57,131 bases of DNA, from positions 1 through 57,131 of the IMG/VR virus record IMGVR_UViG_3300010376_000011; one strand, written 5' to 3'. Shown here in pieces: positions 34,678 to 41,991 of the stretch. Numbering within the stretch: position 1 is the first letter of the stretch; every line of letters starts with the position of its first letter. The position numbers were made by a program, and so were the translations under genes. This DNA comes from a virus. The notes under the pieces are model-generated. The model saw nothing but the letters and a program-made list of their open reading frames with translations, was not told the DNA's origin and ran no database searches.

Positions 34678-35291
34678 GCAATCGGCGTTATCGGATCCTT
34701 CCGCTTGCGCAGATCGTGAAAGCGGACTGGAACTATAAGAAGGAAGACGCTGCGCTGACAAAAAAGCTCGTCGCGAATATCAAGCGCAACGGGCAAGTCG
34801 AGAATGTCCTTGTGCGGCAGTTGAAAGGCGGCCGCTTCGAAATGGTGAACGGCAATCACAGGCACGACGCATTCACTGAGCTCAAGCAGCAGAAAGTCCT
34901 TGTCTGCGATCTTGGCAAGATCAGCAAGGCGGCAGCGATGCGAATCGCGCTTGAGACCAACGAGACAAAATACGAAACGGATTTCGTTCAACTGTCGAAG
35001 CTGCTCAAGGAACTCGGCACAGAGTTCACTGATGACGATCTGCTAGGCACAATGCCGTTCGACTTGCGCGAGCTCCAAGACATTCGCGAGATCACGACCT
35101 TTGAGTGGCCAGAGGGCAGCGGCAAGAAAAGCGCAGGCGGGCAGAGCGCGAACGGCAAAGAGGAAGGAAAGATTCAGATGGTTCTGAACTTCACTTCCAA
35201 AGAGACAAACATCCTCAACGCTTTCTTCACGCGCGCCAACAAGAAGTCTCCCGAAGCTGCAATCATATGGGCAATCCAACACGCGCCATAA
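34647..35291 (+). CDS. ParB N-terminal (ParB/Srx) domain protein, possible DpdB-like partner of DpdA
   Basis: ILPLAQIV..NYKKED..LVANIKRNGQVENVLVRQL..FEMVNGNHRHDAF is the ParBc pattern; overlaps the dpdA 3' end by 31 nt. Confidence 0.7.
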   Translation: MERAGNSLAVGNRRYRILPLAQIVKADWNYKKEDAALTKKLVANIKRNGQVENVLVRQLKGGRFEMVNGNHRHDAFTELKQQKVLVCDLGKISKAAAMRIALETNETKYETDFVQLSKLLKELGTEFTDDDLLGTMPFDLRELQDIREITTFEWPEGSGKKSAGGQSANGKEEGKIQMVLNFTSKETNILNAFFTRANKKSPEAAIIWAIQHAP

Positions 35292-35638
35292 AAGCGAGCA
35301 TCGTCGTTCGCGTCGCGGTGGAAGGTTTTCATCGCTGGCCGAATGCGCCTGACAAGCACGATTACTTGCGCGAGCGACACCGACACCTGTTCGTGATCGA
35401 AGCAGTGAAGCCAGTGACAAGTCTTGATCGCGAAGTCGAGATCATTGAGTTCGGTCGCGAGATTCGACACTTCATCACTCGCAATTCAGGCGCGCCGGCT
35501 GAGTTCGGTCCACTCAGTTGCGAGCAGATTGCAGCGATGCTCGTTCACACGTTTCAGTTGTCGCGCTGCTCGGTGATGGAAGATGGCGAGAACGGAGCTG
35601 AGGTCGTTGTCGATGAAACTGGCCTACCTACCGCTTGA
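35267..35638 (+). CDS. PTPS/QueD-like T-fold protein (divergent paralogue)
   Basis: Internal ATG 35267; VEGFHRWPNAP..RERHRHLFVIEAV..DREVEIIEFGREI..LSCEQIAAML..VMEDGENGAEV parallels the QueD layout, but the CxxxHGH motif is replaced. Confidence 0.45.
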   Translation: MGNPTRAIKASIVVRVAVEGFHRWPNAPDKHDYLRERHRHLFVIEAVKPVTSLDREVEIIEFGREIRHFITRNSGAPAEFGPLSCEQIAAMLVHTFQLSRCSVMEDGENGAEVVVDETGLPTA

Positions 35639-36695
35639 GCCTTATCGCGAGCGTTACACCGAGATGCTTTGCGATTGGACGACTGCGCGCTGGCGTGATC
35701 GGTGCGAAGTGCTCGCGATCTACGCGGGCGATAAGTTCGATGGTGACATTGAGACAGGCGTTGTGCTCGATGCTCATCGCCGCTGCCACTGGGCACTGAC
35801 TCAGATGGCGGCGCTCATCAAAGACTTGAAAGAAGGCGTGAAATATGACGCGATCTACATCGACGATCTTTTTCATCCTGGCTTCGAATCGTTGCCTTAC
35901 ATCTTCGCGCAGCAGAAAGAGCGCGCGCCGAAACTGTTCACGCGCAACTGGGCGCAATCCGTTGACGAAGATGATTTCACTTTTCCAATGCGCAGATGGA
36001 TGAGGCACTACGAAAGATTAGTCGATCAGGTCACGGCAGGAATTTTCTGCGCTTCCACTTGTCATGCTCAAGCGATGCGCATCGCGGGACTCAAAGGCGC
36101 GCAAGTTGTCGGGCTTCCATTCGACAGCGAAGATGTTCGCAGTCGTCGTCGCGGTGCAATCGCGCGCAGCGACAAGCCGCGCGTGATCTTTTCGTCGCGA
36201 TGGGACAAGGAGAAGCAGCCTGACTTCTTCATGCGGGTCGTGCGCGAGTGCGGCGAGCAGTTTGAGTTTCTTGTCTGCACTGGCGCAACGGAGCTCCGCA
36301 GCAATTGGTCTTCGCTGATCGACGATGCTCGCGATCTTGAGCAGGACGGACTGCTGAGGATCCGAACAGGATGCCGCAAGCTGGATTACTACAGCGAGCT
36401 TGCAGGCGCGTCGGTGCAATTCAACTGCGCGCTGCAAGATTACGTCGCATTCACGACACTGGAAGCTTCCGCGTTCGGAGTGCCGACGCTCGCGCCCGCA
36501 TACAAATCCTTTCCAGAAGTTCTGCACAATGATGAGCGGCGCTTATTCGTGCCATGGTCAATCACTGATGCAGTGAGCAAACTGAAAGTGCTCGCTACTA
36601 CCGACGTATTGAATGAATGGGAGATCGCGGCGCCGTCAGTCGAGCATGACAAAACTCTCGACAAGATGTTAGGTTGGATGAAAACGATATGCTGA
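35613..36695 (+). CDS. GT-B fold glycosyltransferase-like protein (GT4-like C-terminal half)
   Basis: Internal ATG 35613; KPRVIFSSRWDKEKQPDFFMRVV..FEFLVCTG..VQFNCALQDYVAFTTLEASAFGVPTLAP resembles the Glycos_transf_1 core (E..fG...lEA...G.P). Confidence 0.6.
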   Translation: MKLAYLPLEPYRERYTEMLCDWTTARWRDRCEVLAIYAGDKFDGDIETGVVLDAHRRCHWALTQMAALIKDLKEGVKYDAIYIDDLFHPGFESLPYIFAQQKERAPKLFTRNWAQSVDEDDFTFPMRRWMRHYERLVDQVTAGIFCASTCHAQAMRIAGLKGAQVVGLPFDSEDVRSRRRGAIARSDKPRVIFSSRWDKEKQPDFFMRVVRECGEQFEFLVCTGATELRSNWSSLIDDARDLEQDGLLRIRTGCRKLDYYSELAGASVQFNCALQDYVAFTTLEASAFGVPTLAPAYKSFPEVLHNDERRLFVPWSITDAVSKLKVLATTDVLNEWEIAAPSVEHDKTLDKMLGWMKTIC

Positions 36696-37132
36696 CCTGC
36701 ACGAAGACTTACATCGACATTCCTTTCGCGCATCGCGCGCACAGACATGATGGACACTGCGCGCTCATTCACGGGCACAATTGGAAATTCGAAATCACCT
36801 TCGCTGCTCCTATCACTGATGAGTGCGGGTTCGTGATGGATTTCGGAAAGCTGCAAAGCTTGAAGGAAGAAATCACTCGCACCTTCGATCACAAGCTTGT
36901 GCTCAATTCCAGTGACCCGCTCGCGCCAGAGCTCGCGCATTTTCTCGTTTCAAAGAAGATCGGCAACACCACGCTTGTGCCTGATTGCTCCTGCGAAGGA
37001 ATCGCGAAGCTGATTTACAAAATGGCTGACCGCATCGCGCGAGAGGAAACACTGGGGCGCGCGCACGTTCAGCGCGTCACCGTATTCGAAGACTCAAAGA
37101 ATCTCGCGACCTATGACGCTCAAGGTGAATGA
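36689..37132 (+). CDS. queD: 6-carboxy-5,6,7,8-tetrahydropterin synthase
   Basis: FAHRAHRHDGHCALIHGHNWKFEITF..GFVMDFGKL..FDHKLVLN..CSCEGIA..VTVFEDS; ATG 36689 (the track starts at TTG 36674). Confidence 0.85.
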   Translation: MLTCTKTYIDIPFAHRAHRHDGHCALIHGHNWKFEITFAAPITDECGFVMDFGKLQSLKEEITRTFDHKLVLNSSDPLAPELAHFLVSKKIGNTTLVPDCSCEGIAKLIYKMADRIAREETLGRAHVQRVTVFEDSKNLATYDAQGE

Positions 37133-37694
37133 AATCTTTTACTCGATTCAGGGCGAAGGCGCGCGCGCGGGACAACCTTCGATCTTCATCCGGCTGAGCG
37201 GGTGCGATCTCACCTGCAACTTTTGCGACACAGAATTTGCGAGCGGCGCAGCGATGGCGCTCGACGCGATCAGAGATCACATCAAGCAGTGGTCATGTCG
37301 CTGGATTGTCTGGACTGGCGGCGAGCCGATGCTGCAACTATGCGATGCAGCGATTGAGTATTTCCGCGAGCTTGGCTACAAGCAGGCCATCGAGAGCAAC
37401 GGCAATCACAAAATACCGCGCGCGATTGACTGGATCGTCGTCAGCCCAAAAGTTGCTGAGCATGTCATGAGAAAAAACTTCCCTGATGGAGTCGATGAAT
37501 TGCGCTACGTAAGGCATTGCGGCCACATGAACGTTCCTGAGCCAGCAGTCGAAGCGCAGCATTACTACCTCTCTCCGATCTTCGACGGCAATACACCTAA
37601 CGAAGCGAACGTCAAGCATTGCCTCAAACTGATACTCGCGAACCCGCAATGGAAACTAAGCCTGCAACTGCACAAGCTCCTGCGCGTTCTGTAA
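37113..37694 (+). CDS. queE: 7-carboxy-7-deazaguanine synthase (radical SAM)
   Basis: [45 protein letters not shown]. Confidence 0.9.
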   Translation: MTLKVNEIFYSIQGEGARAGQPSIFIRLSGCDLTCNFCDTEFASGAAMALDAIRDHIKQWSCRWIVWTGGEPMLQLCDAAIEYFRELGYKQAIESNGNHKIPRAIDWIVVSPKVAEHVMRKNFPDGVDELRYVRHCGHMNVPEPAVEAQHYYLSPIFDGNTPNEANVKHCLKLILANPQWKLSLQLHKLLRVL

Positions 37695-38527
37695 CGTGGC
37701 TTGAGCTCATTGACGAAGTCGATTCGCTTGATCGGCGATGGACCTATTACGGCATCCCGCGCGGCGGCACGATCGTTGCGGGTGTCGCTGCTGCGCGTGG
37801 ATTCAAGATTACTTCGGAGCCGGAGCGCGCTGATATGTTACTCGATGATGTTGTCGATTCAGGAGCGACGCGGAGTAAGTGGCTCGTCAGGTTTCCAGCG
37901 AAAGGATTTCGCGCGCTGTATCAGCGCACCGACAAGTGGCTCGTCTTTCCGTGGGAGAGTTCTTACGCCGCGGCAGCGCAAGAAGTCGTCACGCGGCAAC
38001 TTGAATTGATTGGCGAAGACGCAGCGCGGGAAGGTCTGCGCGATACACCTGAGCGCGTCGTGCGATCATGGCAGGAGCTCTATGCGGGCTACAGGATGAA
38101 GCCGGAAGATGTTTTGAATGCGCACTTCGCGCGCGACGATTACGATCAGATGATTGTCTGTCGCGGCATTCAGTTCTACTCGACCTGCGAGCATCACCTG
38201 CAACCTTTCTTCGGGCGCGCTCATATCGGCTACCTGCCTGACCACTGCGTGGTCGGACTCAGTAAGCTCGCGCGACTCGTTGACGTATTCGCCCGCCGAT
38301 TGCAGATACAGGAACGCCTCACGGAACAGATCGCCGCTGCGCTGCAAACGCACACGCGACCAAAAGGCGTCGGCGTAATCATTGAGGCGCAGCACTTCTG
38401 TATGATGTGTCGCGGCGTGCAGAAACAAACGAGCTCAATGGTGACCAGCGCGCTCAAAGGTTGCTTCCGCGATGCAGCAGTGCGCGCTGAATTTCTGAAC
38501 CTTCTCGCGCAAGGCCAATCAGCTTAG
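37649..38527 (+). CDS. folE: Fusion protein: N-terminal Gpt-like phosphoribosyltransferase domain plus GTP cyclohydrolase I
   Basis: N-terminus [48 protein letters not shown] (Gpt-like); C-terminus [32 protein letters not shown]; ATG 37649 (the track starts at TTG 37619); overlaps queE. Confidence 0.85.
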   Translation: METKPATAQAPARSVTWLELIDEVDSLDRRWTYYGIPRGGTIVAGVAAARGFKITSEPERADMLLDDVVDSGATRSKWLVRFPAKGFRALYQRTDKWLVFPWESSYAAAAQEVVTRQLELIGEDAAREGLRDTPERVVRSWQELYAGYRMKPEDVLNAHFARDDYDQMIVCRGIQFYSTCEHHLQPFFGRAHIGYLPDHCVVGLSKLARLVDVFARRLQIQERLTEQIAAALQTHTRPKGVGVIIEAQHFCMMCRGVQKQTSSMVTSALKGCFRDAAVRAEFLNLLAQGQSA

Positions 38528-38547
38528 CGTGAAAACACGCTAAGCTG
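38520..38547 (+). terminator. Conserved 28-bp hairpin, copy 4, followed by TTTTCTC
   Basis: Perfect 12-bp stem, AAAA loop; contains the folE stop codon (TAG 38525-38527). Confidence 0.65.
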
Positions 38548-38558
38548 TTTTCTCTGCT

Positions 38559-38587
38559 GCGGGGCTATTTGCGGGGCTATTCGGGGC
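38559..38587. repeat. About 2.5 tandem copies of GCGGGGCTATT(T) just after hairpin copy 4
   Basis: gcggggctattt gcggggctatt cggggc read directly; non-coding. Confidence 0.6.
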
Positions 38588-38609
38588 AAAGTTGGCCTGT
38601 ATTTTATGC

Positions 38610-38637
38610 TTGCGCGCTATTCGCAATTTGCTATACT
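38610..38637 (+). promoter_or_regulatory. Candidate sigma70-type promoter TTGCGC-N16-(TGc)TATACT
   Basis: Hexamers and spacing read directly; extended -10 TG present; host sigma specificity unknown. Confidence 0.3.
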
Positions 38638-38854
38638 TAGTATGGTTCTTTTGATAGCTTAAGTAAGCAGTTTGAGCGAAGCGCGCGGTAGGTAGGATGG
38701 CGCATCTGAAAAGGTGCGATGAATGAAGGGCGCATCTCTGATTCCGAAGCTGATCTTCAATGATCGAAAAAAAGTAGGAAGCGGTGGGTGGCAAACATTT
38801 CGATGATCGCGAAAGTCCAAAGCTGCTGAAATGATTTGAAGCAAAATTGTAGCG

Positions 38855-38889
38855 AAGGGGCGCATTTCTCTTGATGCGCTTTTCCCCTT
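38855..38889 (+). terminator. Terminator-like hairpin GCGCAT-N8-ATGCGC plus TTTT, flanked by AAGGGG/CCCCTT, inside the non-coding region
   Basis: Inverted repeats read directly. Confidence 0.4.
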
Positions 38890-39296
38890 GAAATGAAATT
38901 TCGCAGCCTAGCAAGCTGCTATCCGATTAAGAGATTCGATGCTGAGCGCATTGTTCGTGTCCAAACAAACTGATGGCGTCTCGGAGATTGCACATCGCTC
39001 CCGCGCAGCGCGCGGGTCAGGCCGTTAAATTCCGTAGCAGGAAACGTCTGCTGCCAATTCAAAGATCAAGCGATGGTCCGGTGAACGTATTACGTCACCT
39101 AGCTTCCGATGAGCTCAAGAACAACAATGCCGTGATCATATAGGCCACACCGAAGCTGACCGCATAGGTCGAAGATGAGTAGGTGTAAGCGTGGTCATAC
39201 AGTAAGGAAGTCGAAACGAACGATAGCCACTAAGGTGACTCGTTCGTCTGCGCGACAAGGTCAATCGCGCACTGATGAGACACGACCAACACAACA

Positions 39297-39485
39297 ATGA
39301 AACCAATAAACAAAGTTGCTGCTTTAGTAGTTAGTCAGGCTTGGAAGAACGAGCGACGCGCAGACGGCACAGCCGTTCGTGGGAAGCCGTTATCAGAAAA
39401 GTCAAAGCCGAAGCGTTGCAGTAAGTGCGGCGCGGTCGGTGGGCATCAATGTTTTAAGTGGTTCAAAAACAAAAGGAGACAATGA
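39297..39485 (+). CDS. Small basic protein with a C-terminal CxxC..HxC motif
   Basis: 62-aa ORF, first gene after the non-coding region; CSKCGAVGGHQC. Confidence 0.5.
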   Translation: MKPINKVAALVVSQAWKNERRADGTAVRGKPLSEKSKPKRCSKCGAVGGHQCFKWFKNKRRQ

Positions 39486-39488
39486 GAT

Positions 39489-39725
39489 ATGAGTAAACCA
39501 AAGAGCAAAGAGTTCGAAACGCTGTATGCGTTTCCAGTTGAAGCAGCACTCGCTGATGAAGACGTAATGACATTCACTTACGAGGACAAGTGCTTGGCGA
39601 TGAGTGTTGAGGATGCGCGCAAGATGGCGTGCTGGATTCTCGACATAACACTTCCCCCGCCACTGGTGCTCGATGATGAGTGCAAGGCGGGCAAGTCTAT
39701 TGAACGCGCGCGCGCGAGACGCTAA
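39489..39725 (+). CDS. Hypothetical acidic protein
   Basis: AAGGAG RBS; 78 aa. Confidence 0.6.
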   Translation: MSKPKSKEFETLYAFPVEAALADEDVMTFTYEDKCLAMSVEDARKMACWILDITLPPPLVLDDECKAGKSIERARARR

Positions 39726-39867
39726 GCGCAGTCAGATCAGCAGCGCGTGACAGGCGCTGCGAATCTGATCGCAGATGCGAGCAGAGTCGTTTAGGGCAAC
39801 GACCATTAACTAACACGTCGCGCTCATCGAGCGCCGCGTAGCCCTGTTAGACAAAGAGACAAGTAGT

Positions 39868-40236
39868 ATGAAAAACACCAAAGCAGTTAAGAATGGTAAA
39901 TCGGTTAAGTCAGTGAAGGCAGTCAAAGCAGCAGTGAAAAAGCCTGCGAAGAAAAAAGCCGCGAAGAAAAGCGCAGCGCCGAAAGCGAAGCGCAGCCTCT
40001 TCGGTTTCCCGATCAGCGTGGTCGTTCATCGGCTCGCGGAATTGAATTGGAAACCCGCGGCAGTGATTGCAGCGATTCACGGGATGCCAGGGCTCAAGGC
40101 CTGCTCGCCCGCTGCGCTTCGGACTGCGCTCTACAATGCCAAGCATAACGCGAAGGAGCTCCGCAAGGCTGAACGCATTGCTACGCTCAAGCCCGCGCAG
40201 CTTGCGCAACTGACTCGGCTCGCGAAGGCGGCCTAA
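39868..40236 (+). CDS. Protein with a histone H1-like Lys/Ala-rich N-terminus (probably DNA-binding)
   Basis: KAVKNGKSVKSVKAVKAAVKKPAKKKAAKKSAAPKAKR followed by a globular domain. Confidence 0.6.
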   Translation: MKNTKAVKNGKSVKSVKAVKAAVKKPAKKKAAKKSAAPKAKRSLFGFPISVVVHRLAELNWKPAAVIAAIHGMPGLKACSPAALRTALYNAKHNAKELRKAERIATLKPAQLAQLTRLAKAA

Positions 40237-40255
40237 TCGGTTCGTCAGACAACGA

Positions 40256-40288
40256 GGCGCGCGCTTCCGAAAAGGGCGCGCGCTTCTT
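40256..40288 (+). terminator. GC hairpin (GGCGCGCGC-N10-GGCGCGCGC, self-complementary cores) followed by TTCTT
   Basis: Read directly downstream of the 39868 gene. Confidence 0.4.
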
Positions 40289-40329
40289 GCCTGCTGAATC
40301 GGCAGGACAACAAACAGAAGGAAACACGA

Positions 40330-40443
40330 ATGAGAAAAGTAAAACAGAAAAAGCATTGTGCGATGTGCGGACCATTCCCTTGCAAGGAATCGCGGCATCG
40401 CTTTCACGCAGAGCGGCAGTTGGTATTCGCGTTCATGTCATGA
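40330..40443 (+). CDS. Possible 37-aa Cys-rich peptide (below the track cut-off)
   Basis: AGAAGGAAACACGAATG RBS; MRKVKQKKHCAMCGPFPCKE...; its stop overlaps ATG 40440 (ATGA). Confidence 0.4.
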   Translation: MRKVKQKKHCAMCGPFPCKESRHRFHAERQLVFAFMS

Positions 40444-40721
40444 GCGACTTAATCCTCATCACGGACGAGAAGCCGTATTACTGCGCGATCTGCAAGCACG
40501 GCTATGGGATAGATCACATTCCTGCGCTCGCCATTCGGCTGGCGCAGACAGAAGTGCTCGCGAGCTCGCGACCGTCGCAACTGCTCATCTACGAGCTTGC
40601 GATCTTCGTGGAGCCAGTGGGCTTCAAACACGGCGAGCCTATTTGGCCTCAAGGCACGCAAGCAAGGTTGGTGGGGCTGACAACCACGCATAGTCTGTTT
40701 CGGCAGACTCCACGCGTATAA
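40440..40721 (+). CDS. Hypothetical protein
   Basis: Internal ATG of track ORF 40287-40721, coupled to the upstream peptide; MSDLILITDEKPYYCAICKHGYG... Confidence 0.5.
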   Translation: MSDLILITDEKPYYCAICKHGYGIDHIPALAIRLAQTEVLASSRPSQLLIYELAIFVEPVGFKHGEPIWPQGTQARLVGLTTTHSLFRQTPRV

Positions 40722-40740
40722 CAAAAGGAGACAAAGAGAA

Positions 40741-41211
40741 ATGTTAATTGCACCTAACGGATATCGACGCCGCGAATGGCTGTTCGATGTCGAGACACAA
40801 ATCAAGAGCCGCAGCACTAATCCGCTGCGCTTCGTCGATCAAAAGAAGCACACCACCATTGCGCTTCTTGCGATGAGGGACGCTCGCAGACTAGCTCAGC
40901 GCGTCGCGCTGCGCGCTGTAGCGAGCATTGCAAAGCAAACCCGCACCCGCGAGCAGCAGCAGCGAGCACTGAACGAGTTGATTGACACGCTCGGTGGAGC
41001 ATGGCTGCGCGGGCAGCAGAACCACAGCAACGGCCACGCGCGGAAGCCTGACTCCTGCGCGAGCAATGGCGAACTGAGTCAGCGGCAAGTGGAAGTGAAA
41101 CATGCACTCAAGCGCCGATCATTCGATGAGCGCCAGTGCAAGCGCGTCGCTACTCGCAACCAGCGAGCGCGGCGAGCGAAGAAAGGAGCACGACGAAATG
41201 AAAAACAATAG
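40741..41211 (+). CDS. Hypothetical basic protein
   Basis: AAAAGGAG RBS; 156 aa, Arg/Gln-rich. Confidence 0.55.
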   Translation: MLIAPNGYRRREWLFDVETQIKSRSTNPLRFVDQKKHTTIALLAMRDARRLAQRVALRAVASIAKQTRTREQQQRALNELIDTLGGAWLRGQQNHSNGHARKPDSCASNGELSQRQVEVKHALKRRSFDERQCKRVATRNQRARRAKKGARRNEKQ

Positions 41212-41371
41212 GTATCAGGGACGCAACTTGGTAGGCAAGCGCGTCACACTCAAAGACGGCCGGCATGGTGTTTGCACTAGTGCTGGATATGGACTCGCAT
41301 CCGTTGACTTGGATGAGGGTCATTGGTGGTGCGGTCCAGTGAAAGAGGTGCGCGATGCGAAAGCCTCTTGA
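41198..41371 (+). CDS. Hypothetical small protein
   Basis: Internal ATG 41198 preceded by GAAAGGAG; MKNNRYQGRNLVGKRVTLKDGRHG... Confidence 0.5.
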   Translation: MKNNRYQGRNLVGKRVTLKDGRHGVCTSAGYGLASVDLDEGHWWCGPVKEVRDAKAS

Positions 41372-41597
41372 TTTCACAGTGCAAGGCGGGGGAGCATTCC
41401 CATTAGACATGCTTCGCTACGATGCAGCATGGCCGACGCACAGCGAAGACATTCACTTCATACTGACACCGCCAGAGAAATTCGCGCGGTATCGTGTGCG
41501 GTTGCGCTCGATGCTCAACCGATTCCCGACCACTGCTCGCTGGAATAGCTTCGGCTGGCGCGTGATCGAGATCAACGGCAAGGCGGTGATTCAATGA
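41355..41597 (+). CDS. Hypothetical protein
   Basis: GAAAGAGG RBS; 80 aa. Confidence 0.55.
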   Translation: MRKPLDFTVQGGGAFPLDMLRYDAAWPTHSEDIHFILTPPEKFARYRVRLRSMLNRFPTTARWNSFGWRVIEINGKAVIQ

Positions 41598-41890
41598 TTA
41601 CCGAAGCAGAGGTCGTGGTGTATGAACGCCTCAAAGACTCGCGCCCAGGCGATGGCACAGGGAATTGGGAACGCTGGATGAAGCTGCTGACGAAAGCACG
41701 CGACATGAATTTCGTCGGCCTGCCACCGCGCTTGCTGCCGAACAAGAAACTGCCTTGCGGCTTCCCGCTGAACAAGAAGGAGCTCGGCAAGCGGCTGCGT
41801 CACTATCGCGGCTGCTCGCATCCGTATTGCAAGTGGCGCGTGCAAGCAGCGATCACCATTCAACAGGCTCTGAGGAAGAGTCGCGAGTAA
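41594..41890 (+). CDS. Hypothetical protein
   Basis: ATGA coupling; 98 aa. Confidence 0.55.
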   Translation: MITEAEVVVYERLKDSRPGDGTGNWERWMKLLTKARDMNFVGLPPRLLPNKKLPCGFPLNKKELGKRLRHYRGCSHPYCKWRVQAAITIQQALRKSRE

Positions 41891-41897
41891 ACTCGAA

Positions 41898-41920
41898 ACC
41901 CGCTCACGCTCTGAGCGGGT
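41898..41920 (+). terminator. Hairpin ACCCGCTCA-N5-TGAGCGGGT after the 41594 gene (no U-tract)
   Basis: Perfect 9-bp inverted repeat. Confidence 0.35.
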
Positions 41921-41991
41921 CAGCAGAGCGTCAAACAAGGTTCACGCATCTGCTCTGATGAGAAACAAGAACCGTAAGCAGAAGGAGCACA

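Noticed and set aside
38540-38914. 124-aa minus-strand ORF in the large non-coding region
   Set aside because: The sequence is low-complexity, Ser/Phe/Arg-rich and odd-looking. It has no RBS and runs through hairpins and repeats. It is more likely non-coding, although comparative data would be needed to be sure.
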